Positions 27,549 to 36,633 of a DNA stretch of 50,007 bases are shown here, piece by piece. Source of the stretch: Minisyncoccota bacterium (GTDB lineage Bacteria; Patescibacteriota; Minisyncoccia; Phycocordibacterales; UBA2100); assembly GCA_043780835.1 (NCBI GenBank), contig JAYWCB010000015.1, positions 1 through 50,007 on the forward strand. The letters are read 5' to 3'. Both the position numbers and the translations under genes were made by a program. Each line of letters begins with the position of its first letter. The stretch's first letter is position 1. Below the pieces are notes generated by a model, which did no database searches, was not told the DNA's origin, and was given only the letters and a program-made list of their open reading frames with translations.

Positions 27549-30500
27549 CTACTGAACCCGTACGGTAATCGTGCTTGAGCTCGTCGCGCCCGCTGCATTG
27601 ATGCATGTAGCCGTGAACGGGGTCGTCATAAACAACGGAGCGGTACTCGTTGAACCATCGATACTGCCATCAGTGAGCTCCGCAGTGGAAGTCGCCTTCA
27701 GTGAGCAGCGCGTCGCGTGCCCACTTCCCCATATGAGAATGGCGGATGATCCCGCGTCTAAAGAAGTTGGATCTGCATGCAGCGTAACCGTGGGCGGCGG
27801 CGGCACACTGACGGGAATGTTACACGCTGCAACCGGGCTTGCTTGGGTGCCCAATACACACTGGAGCAAGAAGCGGATAGTGGAGGTGGAACGCGATGAC
27901 GAAGTCTGCGTTATTCGTCCTGACGGTGCTCCGCCCGTGGCAAACCCTGTCGAACTTGCCGATCCGGTAAGGCACGACCACGAAACGGTCACCGGTGTCG
28001 TCGTACCAAAGGCCACTGTCGGCGGCGAACATATAAGAGCCGGCGTAAGCGGCGGCAAAATAATCGGATTCGTAATCGGTGGTACCTGCGACGAAGTTGG
28101 ATTCGGTCGCTGATATGGAGGCTGTGCTGCAGTCGATCCACCGGAGGATTGTGCACCGCCGGTTGGTTGCGATCCGCCTGTCGGCTGCGTACCTCCGGTT
28201 GGTTGCGATCCACCGGTCGGAGTACACGCATACAATGATCCGTCGTTCGCGACGCAGGTAGAGGTCGGACGCGATGTTGAATAATCCGACTGCGTCCAGT
28301 CGCGATTGTTCGGTGCGCGGAAGCCCGGGCGTTTTTCAACCGGCTTATCAGGTCGCTCATCTTGAATATCTAATTTGTTTGGATCTTGCGCATTTGGCGA
28401 TGCTTTCGGTAACGTTGCATCGCTCGATGCAAGCAGAGGCGCGGTTCCGTCAGTGATCGATTTTCCGTCCGCGCCGAGCGGCTTACCGTCGGCGCCCGAT
28501 AGCATTCGCGTCGTGCCGTCAGGTGAAACGGCATTCGGTTGCAGCGGTACGTTTTCTGCAACTTTTGCGCCACTCTCATCTGTAATGGTGTACGTCGGAA
28601 CTCCGGTGCCCGGAACGTATTTCATTTCGCGTGCAATTTTCTCCATTTCCGCACCCTCAGCTGCCGGTGCGCTACTTGGTCCCGTTTTTCCATGTTTAAA
28701 GATTTGATTAGATGAAAGATCGTAGCGCTCCTGCAGATATTGCATGAGTTGTTTACCTGCCTCAATTTGTTGCGGCGAAAGTCTTTGACCGATGTGTCCT
28801 TCAAATTCGATACCAACAGTATTGTCGTTTAGTAAGTGCTGTGCGTCCGGTGGTTTATTGATGCCGATATGCCCGGTCGTGACTTCGGGTCGTGTGTGCA
28901 AAATCGTTCCGTCTGCGAGTACCCACCACTCGGTCCCTTGCGAATGTAGACCATTAAATGTTTGCGCGCGAGCAGTATTGAGTCCACTCCCCCATCTACC
29001 GGCCGATTGGTGCGAAATAATTCCATCACGTCGCGGTGCTTTGCCGGGATCGTTCATCGGATACCATGAATCCACTTTCGCGCCCGGAATAACCGGATGG
29101 CCTCCGGCCTTTGCAATAGCCGTCAGAGGATTTGCAACGACACCATTACTGAGCTCTGCCTTGAAGTTTTTGAACTGTGCACCGTCGGGTAATTTTCCGT
29201 TCTGCGCCAATCGCTCCATCGCTTCTTCTTCGCGAACCGCGCGCGTGAACTTTTCACTCGGAATTGAAGTAGACGTATACACCGCCCCCGTGTGTGCCGA
29301 TTGCGCGCACATTGCCGATCCCTCGCACGACGCTGCTCGTTGTATTCCCGGTGTACGGCCGTCTTTGCCCGGTTCGATTGTCGGCGCAGTTGCACAACCC
29401 TTGTAGCTGCAGGCGACAACTGGCGCTCCGGTATACGGCACGTATGAATCACCGTCGGCTAGCCTCCGCATAAAGTCGATGCCTTTGTCGATCTGTTCAC
29501 CCTTTGCCTGCAACACTTGTTGTGCAGCATATGCAACATTTGCTCCTTGCGGCACGAATGCCCAGCCCTGTTTATTGTATGCGGCAACCGCAGCTGGAAT
29601 CAGAATCTTATCAGCACTGAAGCCGCCCTTAAATGTGGCCGGTGCGAGTTGTGCATGCATCATGTATGCCGCAGCGAGGCGTGGATCATCCGTCATTGCA
29701 CTCACGATATTCATTGTCCCTTGCGCTGCATGTAGACCCGTGAGTAACCACGGACCGAGATGAGAATCTGTATTCGGGTTTTGTCCCGCATCGATCATTG
29801 CCCTCGCTCGCGCTGCAACGTCGCGCATCGCTGATTGCTCTTCTGGTGAAAGACGTGATGACTGCGCTATCTCGGCGAGCTTGGCAGTGGCTCGATTCGT
29901 TTCATCGCTACCAAGCTGACCGTATCCCTGATACGGACTGCCGGGATGCGGAATTTGCGCATGACCGCCGGACTCAATCGATGCGATGCCACTCAGTGCT
30001 TCCGACATCACGCGCGCATTACATCCCACGGCTTTACACACTGAGTTTACCGAATTCACGAGCTGCGCACCCGAGGCCGGGTTGAATTGCCCCGGAATGT
30101 TTGGAGCATTTTTGGGAGGCAGTATTGAAGCGTTCTTCGGAGGCGTGGCCGGAGTTTGCGGGGGAGATGGCGGCGATTGTCCTTCTACTTTTGACGTGGG
30201 CTTTTCATTTGCCGGCGGGGTTTCTGTTTTTGGAGGCGCAGGCTTTTGTGCCACTGTCGGTGGAGCGTCGGGCGCCTTGGTATTTGTGGTCACCGGTGCG
30301 GTTGCTTGTGGTTCGGTAGGCTTTAGCGACCCGATTATAAATGCTGACGTTAATGTAAGTGCTCTACCGTCTGACAACACCTTATCGGACGCAGCTTTTA
30401 GATCTAGACCTTTTGAAATTGTGCACACGGGATTCTGGCACTTCTGATACTGAGAATATTGTGGACCAAGAGCCCGTGCCTGTTGCACATAATTCAAAAT

Positions 30501-33500
30501 CTTTCCACCGAGGTCTCCGCCGAGCGTTTTACCCATTTTTTCTGCCTGGAGCAGGCCTTTTTCAATACTTTTATTTTCCTCCGCTGTTCCCTCTTTTTTG
30601 GTTTCTAAATTGTTTCTAAAGGTATCGAGTCCTTGCTTAACTTCGGTGACCTGACGCTTCAGCGTCTCGATTTCATCACGTGAAAGTGATGGCGGTGTGT
30701 CGGTTCGATTTGAGACTTGCACAATCGGTTGAACGAGGGGTTTGTTATTCAAGATGTTCTGCCACGGATTCGTTGGCGTCTCTGCAGTCACGCCTTGCTG
30801 ATTGGCGTCAAAAGTTGCATCAACCACATTGTCTTGTGGTTTCGGCTGCTCGGTGGCAGGCCTCGGTGTAACTTTCGAGGTAAGCGGAATATTTGCGGAG
30901 TCATTTCCGACAGGTTTCGGCTGCACGCTCGCTGGCGCGCTTGGATTCGTGACGGTGCAATTCCCACCGGGACACTCTCCTGGTGGAATATCTTTTGGAA
31001 GTGTATTTGCGGGAGGGGTCTGAGAATTTACGGGAGGAGTTACGGGCGGATTCGAACCGGGATTTGATGGGTTATTTTGTGCAGGCACGTTTGTGGTGCC
31101 TTCTGATGATGGCATGGTAGGCGCACTCGGTGCAGCATTATTTGTACTAAACAATCCGCCCAATATTTTTCCGATCGCGTCACTAAAGTATGGAATGTTT
31201 TGCAAAATTTTCGGAACACTTGAATTGGTAGGCGTGTTCGATGGCAGCGGCGTTTTGCCGCTCGTCGAAGGATTCGCATTTGATCCATCACCCTTTGCGT
31301 CCGGCACCGTTTGACCGCCCTTTGACGGTTGCGCTGTGCTGCCATCCGGACTTTCAGCAACCGACGGCGCCTTTGCGGTCTGAGGAGCACCACTTGGATC
31401 CTGCCGGTTGCCACCTGGTGCAGGTTTTGCACTTCCGCTTGGATCGCCAGGGCCCGGCGTTTTGTCGGGCGACGCTCCTTCTCCCGATCCGCCATTTTGA
31501 CCGCTTCCGGACGGTCCCGGTTCAGATGATGGTTTTCCGGTCGTTCCTGGTTTTTGTGCGTTTTCTCCGCCCGGTTGATTACCTTCACCATTCGTGGGTG
31601 TTTGAGTACCTTCAACCACATTCGGATTATTCGGATTTGCGGATGGCCTGCCTTCTTGGTTTAGATTTTCGGGCGGCGACACGTCTCCTGCTTCTGGATT
31701 CCAATGACCGGGAAGCTGCGTATTTGATTCATGCGTTCCCGGAGTCGGTGCGCCTTTTGTGGATTCCGGAACAACCTGGCCCGACGCATCCGGTAGTCCG
31801 TTTTTGAAAGGTGTTTCAGAAATATTCGGCGACGCTTTTTCTGCTCCTGTTACATCATTGAGTCCGTCGGGATTTGGCTTGTCATTAGTACCCGGTATTC
31901 CTGTCGGCTCTCCATTCGGTGCATTGTTTGCATCGCCCGAGCCCCCCTGATTACTTGAACCCTCTGGAGTTGAAGCCGGTGATCGAGTTGAAGGAGCTCC
32001 TGGTCCTGGCCTCGTAACTACGGGTTCATTGGTTTCTGGTTGGCCCAATTTTATTCCTGTTTCTTCTGATGCAGATTTGGGTATACCTATATCTGCTTTC
32101 GGTCCCGTTCCGTTTGGACTTAGATTTGTGTCGCCACCAGTTGCGCCTGGAGGAAGTTGTTCGATCCATTTGCCGTTCAGATTTTCGCTTGGAAGCGGTA
32201 ATCCTTTCGCCTCGTCTTGAAACGATGGGGATTCTTGCCCAACACCCTGACCACCGGTCGTCATTCCAGGATTGGCATTATTTGACTGGGAACCATAAAT
32301 TGAATCAGCTGAAGGATTATGTGTGCCTGCCCAGTCTCGCGTAGCGGGCATACTATCGAAAATTGTATTGCTTAGCTTTGGCGGTGGTTCGAAGTCGCCC
32401 GATCCCGCATTTTGCGCAGTATTTGCAGGGGATGTAGCTTTAGGTTCTGAAAATAAAAAAGATTCCGTGCCGCGGGTAGAGGGCGAAAATTTTCCATTAT
32501 CCACCATGCCGATCTCATATCCGGGAGCACCATTCTGATTCAATTGAGCAAGATTCTTTACAGGACTATCAGTAACAGGCACCTGATATGAACCTGAACT
32601 ATTCGGATTTGAAGGGTCCGGTGCTGTGTAGGGAATAGCCGATCCGGACGCCGTTTTTTGTGCGGCGGAAACTGTAAATTCTTCCGCGGATCCAATCTTT
32701 TCTAGAGGCAGTGGATTCGTCGGTGAATTCCCGGTTCCATCTGACTGTGCAACATCGCGCAAAGTAGTTCCGCCGGAATTCGCGGCGTTTGCATCCATTG
32801 GATATACATTTCCAAATTGATCAGATACATACACTGCGCGCCCGCCATCTTTGTATCCCGTCTGAGTAGAGAGTGTCCCCTCCCCGGCAATGCCATCCAC
32901 TTTTATACTCGTAGGACCAGATCCGCTCGTGCTGTTACCTGCAGGTACAGATGTGGGCGCTGCATCCGCTGCCACTTCCGGCCATTTAGTCCAGTCTCCC
33001 GCATTCGGTCCGGCTATACCAAGGTCGGATTTGTAACTCGCTTGCACAATAGGCAGATCACTTCGGGTATTCCCGCCCACAATCGTATCCGTTCCACTCG
33101 GTTCAAGGCCAGCTGCGAATTCATTTTGCTGGAATCCTGTGACAAATGAAGATTGTGTTTGCGGCGACGTCTGTATTTGTGTATCAACGCCGCGGTCCAT
33201 TCCATCACTACCGCCTGGATTACTTATGATCGATTGGATTTGGTCACTAAAAGTATTCGGTGGCTGAAATCCCCGTGTCTGTCCACTGGGAATGTCGACC
33301 GGCTGTGGATTAAATGCGCGATCAATCAAACTTTCCGTTCGTGGCGCAGCGGGTACCTCCGCCGGATTCGAACTGTTCGTATCGGGTATGGGATCTACAG
33401 ATTTTTTCTCGAGAGTACTGAGCGAATCTTCTAATCTTTTTTGTTCCTCGGTTTTATCAGGCTTCGGCACATCACTTGTCTTACTGCTACCGCCGCTGCC

Positions 33501-33929
33501 GCTTCCACTGCCGCTGCTTCCCCCGGGAGGACTGGGCACTCCCGGTGGCGTACCACCGTCTTGCTTCGGCGCAGTCGTCTGTCCCGGCTTACAATTTCCT
33601 GCCTCTAAACACGTCTGTACAGGTCGCCCTTCCGCATCTTTCGTCTCTTTTTTGTTACCAATACATTGCACCTTTGCATTACATTTACCGACTATCGTTT
33701 TCTTACTCACTTCGTCGGTTTCTTGACACTTACAGTTCAGCCCTCCTTTCAAACCGGTCGGCTTACCGTTTCTACCGATTTGATCCTTGTCGCATTGCGT
33801 ATCGTACGCCTTCTTTTCACTACATTTAAGATCGGCTGCGTTCGCAATTCCATACGGATACAAATATGTAATCGCTAAAAAAGCCCCGATGAACACGAGG
33901 AAAAAGGCCGCAGGGCGACGCGAGAGCAT
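27549..33929 (-). CDS. Giant secreted protein (about 2126 aa): P/G/S/T-rich stalk, SLT/lysozyme-like domain, amidase_2, two C-terminal Ig-like repeats
   Basis: Signal peptide MLSRRPAAFFLVFIGAF...ANA; IASIESGG..YQGYGQ; IISHQS..VGIEFEG..IFKHG; W-x-C beta-rich tail. Confidence 0.85.
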   Translation of the reverse strand: MLSRRPAAFFLVFIGAFLAITYLYPYGIANAADLKCSEKKAYDTQCDKDQIGRNGKPTGLKGGLNCKCQETDEVSKKTIVGKCNAKVQCIGNKKETKDAEGRPVQTCLEAGNCKPGQTTAPKQDGGTPPGVPSPPGGSSGSGSGSGGSSKTSDVPKPDKTEEQKRLEDSLSTLEKKSVDPIPDTNSSNPAEVPAAPRTESLIDRAFNPQPVDIPSGQTRGFQPPNTFSDQIQSIISNPGGSDGMDRGVDTQIQTSPQTQSSFVTGFQQNEFAAGLEPSGTDTIVGGNTRSDLPIVQASYKSDLGIAGPNAGDWTKWPEVAADAAPTSVPAGNSTSGSGPTSIKVDGIAGEGTLSTQTGYKDGGRAVYVSDQFGNVYPMDANAANSGGTTLRDVAQSDGTGNSPTNPLPLEKIGSAEEFTVSAAQKTASGSAIPYTAPDPSNPNSSGSYQVPVTDSPVKNLAQLNQNGAPGYEIGMVDNGKFSPSTRGTESFLFSEPKATSPANTAQNAGSGDFEPPPKLSNTIFDSMPATRDWAGTHNPSADSIYGSQSNNANPGMTTGGQGVGQESPSFQDEAKGLPLPSENLNGKWIEQLPPGATGGDTNLSPNGTGPKADIGIPKSASEETGIKLGQPETNEPVVTRPGPGAPSTRSPASTPEGSSNQGGSGDANNAPNGEPTGIPGTNDKPNPDGLNDVTGAEKASPNISETPFKNGLPDASGQVVPESTKGAPTPGTHESNTQLPGHWNPEAGDVSPPENLNQEGRPSANPNNPNVVEGTQTPTNGEGNQPGGENAQKPGTTGKPSSEPGPSGSGQNGGSGEGASPDKTPGPGDPSGSAKPAPGGNRQDPSGAPQTAKAPSVAESPDGSTAQPSKGGQTVPDAKGDGSNANPSTSGKTPLPSNTPTNSSVPKILQNIPYFSDAIGKILGGLFSTNNAAPSAPTMPSSEGTTNVPAQNNPSNPGSNPPVTPPVNSQTPPANTLPKDIPPGECPGGNCTVTNPSAPASVQPKPVGNDSANIPLTSKVTPRPATEQPKPQDNVVDATFDANQQGVTAETPTNPWQNILNNKPLVQPIVQVSNRTDTPPSLSRDEIETLKRQVTEVKQGLDTFRNNLETKKEGTAEENKSIEKGLLQAEKMGKTLGGDLGGKILNYVQQARALGPQYSQYQKCQNPVCTISKGLDLKAASDKVLSDGRALTLTSAFIIGSLKPTEPQATAPVTTNTKAPDAPPTVAQKPAPPKTETPPANEKPTSKVEGQSPPSPPQTPATPPKNASILPPKNAPNIPGQFNPASGAQLVNSVNSVCKAVGCNARVMSEALSGIASIESGGHAQIPHPGSPYQGYGQLGSDETNRATAKLAEIAQSSRLSPEEQSAMRDVAARARAMIDAGQNPNTDSHLGPWLLTGLHAAQGTMNIVSAMTDDPRLAAAYMMHAQLAPATFKGGFSADKILIPAAVAAYNKQGWAFVPQGANVAYAAQQVLQAKGEQIDKGIDFMRRLADGDSYVPYTGAPVVACSYKGCATAPTIEPGKDGRTPGIQRAASCEGSAMCAQSAHTGAVYTSTSIPSEKFTRAVREEEAMERLAQNGKLPDGAQFKNFKAELSNGVVANPLTAIAKAGGHPVIPGAKVDSWYPMNDPGKAPRRDGIISHQSAGRWGSGLNTARAQTFNGLHSQGTEWWVLADGTILHTRPEVTTGHIGINKPPDAQHLLNDNTVGIEFEGHIGQRLSPQQIEAGKQLMQYLQERYDLSSNQIFKHGKTGPSSAPAAEGAEMEKIAREMKYVPGTGVPTYTITDESGAKVAENVPLQPNAVSPDGTTRMLSGADGKPLGADGKSITDGTAPLLASSDATLPKASPNAQDPNKLDIQDERPDKPVEKRPGFRAPNNRDWTQSDYSTSRPTSTCVANDGSLYACTPTGGSQPTGGTQPTGGSQPTGGAQSSGGSTAAQPPYQRPNPTSSQVPPITNPIILPPLTPALICSPPTVAFGTTTPVTVSWSCLTGSASSTGFATGGAPSGRITQTSSSRSTSTIRFLLQCVLGTQASPVAACNIPVSVPPPPTVTLHADPTSLDAGSSAILIWGSGHATRCSLKATSTAELTDGSIDGSTSTAPLFMTTPFTATCINAAGATSSSTITVRVQ

Positions 33930-33935
33930 TACTAA

Positions 33936-33944
33936 ATTGTAGCA
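33936..33944 (-). promoter_or_regulatory. Extended -10 promoter of the 2126-aa gene
   Basis: TGCTACAAT 6 nt before the ATG. Confidence 0.7.
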
Positions 33945-34060
33945 GTAGAGCCACGCAAATCGTCTCATTGCGTGGCTCTACATGGGGACATTTTATGAAT
34001 CGGAAGCGAGCGTCGGCATTCAGTTTTTAGGGCTCTCGAGCTTCACCGCCTCAGTGAAGT

Positions 34061-34158
34061 TCGGAAACCTTTGCAAGAACCCTCGGGAGGCGCGACTGGC
34101 GCCGGACGGAAGAAAATTTCACCAGAAATTTTCTGTGGTTCTTGCAAAGGTGTTCCGA
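34061..34158. repeat. Nested palindromic element downstream of groEL
   Basis: 15-bp perfect IR 34067-34081/34137-34151 enclosing agaaaatttc/gaaattttct. Confidence 0.75.
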
Positions 34159-34165
34159 CGGAACG

Positions 34166-35803
34166 TTAATCCATTCCGTTCATCCCACCCATATCGGGAC
34201 CGGCCTTCTTTTCCTCAGGAATATCAGCGATCGCCGCTTCGGTTGTGAGAAGCACTGCTGCAGCCGATGCCGCATTCTCTACACCAAGACGTGTCACTTT
34301 CACCGGGTCGATAATGCCCGCTTCGATCATGTCGACAATTATTTCAGCAGACGCATCGAATCCCTTATTGTCTGCTCCCGAAATCTGCTCCACGAGCACC
34401 ATTTCGTCTTCGCGACCCGTGTTTCGCACAATTTGTTTGAACGGCATCGAGAGCGCGCTCACCAGAATCCCGTAGCCGACACTCATTTCTGTTGTGCCCG
34501 CTTTGGTCATCTTTTCCATATTCTTTGCAAGTCGTGCGGCAACTTTCACCAACGACGCGCCTCCGCCCGGAATGATTCCTTCGGCAATAGCAGCTTTCGT
34601 CGCATTCACCGCGTCCTCAATTTTGTCTTTCAAATACTTCGCTTCTGTTTCGGTTGCGGCACCCACACGAATAACCGCAACACCGCCGGTGAGTTTCGCA
34701 ACACGCTCCTCGAGTTTCTCACGATCGAATTTTGATGTTGTTGTTTCCAACTGCTTCTTGAGTTGCGCGGCGCGCTTCTGAATGTCTTTCTTGTCGCCCT
34801 TACCGCCCACAATAACGGTTGAGTCTTTTGTTGCGACTACTCGATTTGCATGACCAAGCATCGTGAGCTCCGCCTTTTCAAGCGTAAGTCCGAGATCGTC
34901 GGAGATCATTTGAGCACCGACGGTGATTGCGATGTCGGATAGAAATTCTTTCTTGCGATCTCCGTATCCCGGCGCTTTCACGGCGAGGACATTGAAATTG
35001 CCTCGCAAGCGATTGAGCACAAGAGTCGTGAGCGCTTCCCCGTCTACATCATCGGCGATGATCACGAGATCTTTCTTGCCGGACTGCGCCACTTTTTCGA
35101 GCAAAGGCAGAATGTCTTTAATGGTTGAAATCTTTTTATCGGTGATGAGGATGGGCGCGTCTTTTATTTCGGCTTCCATGCGCTCCGCATTGGATATCAT
35201 GTATGCCGACACGTACCCGCGATCAAATTCCATGCCTTCCACATAGTCGGTCTCGATGCCGATCGACTGTGATTCTTCTACCGTTACCACACCGTCTTTG
35301 CCCACTTTTTCCACGATGTCTGCGATTGCTTCGCCGAGTTCACGGCTTTCTGCGGAAATGGTCGCTACCTGTCGCACGTCCTCGCGTCCTTTTACCGGCT
35401 TTGCCATTTTCTTAAGTTCTTCAACCGCGTCTTTTGCGGCCGCTTCGATTCCACGTCGCACCATCATCGCATTCGCTCCCATGGCGGTCTTCTTCAAGCC
35501 CTCTGTGATGATTGCCTGCGTGAGCACAACCGCAGTTGTCGTGCCGTCTCCGGCTTTGTCGTTGGTCTTATTGGCGACCTCTTTCACGATGGAAGCACCC
35601 ATGTTTTCAAATTTGTCCGCGAGCACAATTTCTTTTGCAATCGAAACGCCGTCGTTGGTGATCGTGGGTCCGCCCCATGACTTATCAATCGCCACGTTGC
35701 GCCCCTTCGGACCAAGCGTAACTTTTACGGCTCCCGCTACGATATCAACGCCGCGCTTGAGCGCTGCACGAACCTCGGTGTCAAATATTACCTGTTTTGC
35801 CAT
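34166..35803 (-). CDS. groL: Chaperonin GroEL
   Basis: VKVTLGPKGRNV, GDGTTT, GMEFDRGY, GGM tail. Confidence 0.98.
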   Translation of the reverse strand: MAKQVIFDTEVRAALKRGVDIVAGAVKVTLGPKGRNVAIDKSWGGPTITNDGVSIAKEIVLADKFENMGASIVKEVANKTNDKAGDGTTTAVVLTQAIITEGLKKTAMGANAMMVRRGIEAAAKDAVEELKKMAKPVKGREDVRQVATISAESRELGEAIADIVEKVGKDGVVTVEESQSIGIETDYVEGMEFDRGYVSAYMISNAERMEAEIKDAPILITDKKISTIKDILPLLEKVAQSGKKDLVIIADDVDGEALTTLVLNRLRGNFNVLAVKAPGYGDRKKEFLSDIAITVGAQMISDDLGLTLEKAELTMLGHANRVVATKDSTVIVGGKGDKKDIQKRAAQLKKQLETTTSKFDREKLEERVAKLTGGVAVIRVGAATETEAKYLKDKIEDAVNATKAAIAEGIIPGGGASLVKVAARLAKNMEKMTKAGTTEMSVGYGILVSALSMPFKQIVRNTGREDEMVLVEQISGADNKGFDASAEIIVDMIEAGIIDPVKVTRLGVENAASAAAVLLTTEAAIADIPEEKKAGPDMGGMNGMD

Positions 35804-35830
35804 ATCAGAATTTCAGAAATTAATTAATAC

Positions 35831-36211
35831 TTACTTGTTGAGTATTGCGAGCACGTCGCTTTCTCGCACGAGGAAATGCTCACGATCTTCGTCCATCATA
35901 ATTTCGTTGTCCCATCCGGAATTAAAAATGACACTGTCGCCCACATTTACCGTCATCGGCACGAAGTTGCCGGCGTCGTTCATGCGACCGGGACCGACCG
36001 CGAGCACGGTTCCCAACTTGGATTTTTCTTTCTGCGCGGTATCAGGCAGGATGATTCCTGAAAGAGATTTCTTTTCAGGCATGTCGTCGCGTCGCACGAG
36101 CACTCGATCCGAAAGCGGTTGGACCGGTTCGCGGGATACCGACTTCGTCTGCTTTGGTGACGACTTTTTGGAAGCTGTTTTCTTTGCTTTCTGGACTTTC
36201 TTTTTTGCCAT
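35831..36211 (-). CDS. groS: Co-chaperonin GroES with Lys-rich N-terminal extension
   Basis: PLSDRVLV, SGIILPDTAQKEK, AVGPG, RESDVLA. Confidence 0.95.
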   Translation of the reverse strand: MAKKKVQKAKKTASKKSSPKQTKSVSREPVQPLSDRVLVRRDDMPEKKSLSGIILPDTAQKEKSKLGTVLAVGPGRMNDAGNFVPMTVNVGDSVIFNSGWDNEIMMDEDREHFLVRESDVLAILNK

Positions 36212-36274
36212 ATATGAGCTTTTTTACGTAAATAATCCTGTTAGATTGCGGACCATTCATTCCGCGACGCGCAG

Positions 36275-36303
36275 ATTATACATAGGGTTGCGGCGGCATG
36301 CAA
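36275..36303 (-). promoter_or_regulatory. Sigma70-type promoter of groES-groEL
   Basis: TTGCAT-17-TATAAT; no CIRCE seen. Confidence 0.7.
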
Positions 36304-36315
36304 TTTTGAAATTAA

Positions 36316-36344
36316 TTGACCCGTGGCCCGCCGTTTGCTAGGAT
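36316..36344 (+). promoter_or_regulatory. Sigma70-type promoter of secG
   Basis: TTGACC-17-TAGGAT, 8 nt before the ATG. Confidence 0.7.
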
Positions 36345-36352
36345 TCTGCCAC

Positions 36353-36586
36353 ATGGATCTCCTCCACAAGGTGCTGCCATACGTGCAAATTACCCTCTCG
36401 ATACTCATCATCGTATCGGTGATTTTGCAGCGCACGGGCGCTTCTTTGGGCGGTGCATTCGGAGCCGACAACTTTTCGTCCGGTTTCCACACCCGCCGCG
36501 GGTTGGAGAAGACCCTTTTCACTTCGACGATTGTTCTCGGTGTTTTGTTTGCCTCATCGGCACTCTTGAATTTACTCATTAGTTAA
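36353..36586 (+). CDS. secG: Preprotein translocase subunit SecG
   Basis: ILQRTGASLGGAFG..TRRGLEKTLF, two TM helices. Confidence 0.9.
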   Translation: MDLLHKVLPYVQITLSILIIVSVILQRTGASLGGAFGADNFSSGFHTRRGLEKTLFTSTIVLGVLFASSALLNLLIS

Positions 36587-36633
36587 ATCTTGCGCCCCGC
36601 CGTCGGCGGTATCAGCGCGCGCGCCATTGCGCT

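Noticed and set aside
27469-27606. Overlap or fusion of the two giant ORFs
   Set aside because: Each has its own promoter and signal peptide; with corrected starts they are 80 nt apart
36212-36310. CIRCE operator before groES
   Set aside because: TTAGCACTC-N9-GAGTGCTAA not found
35256-36341. 361-aa + strand ORF and similar long antisense ORFs (e.g. 38427-39302 and many within the giants)
   Set aside because: Shadows of well-supported genes on the opposite strand
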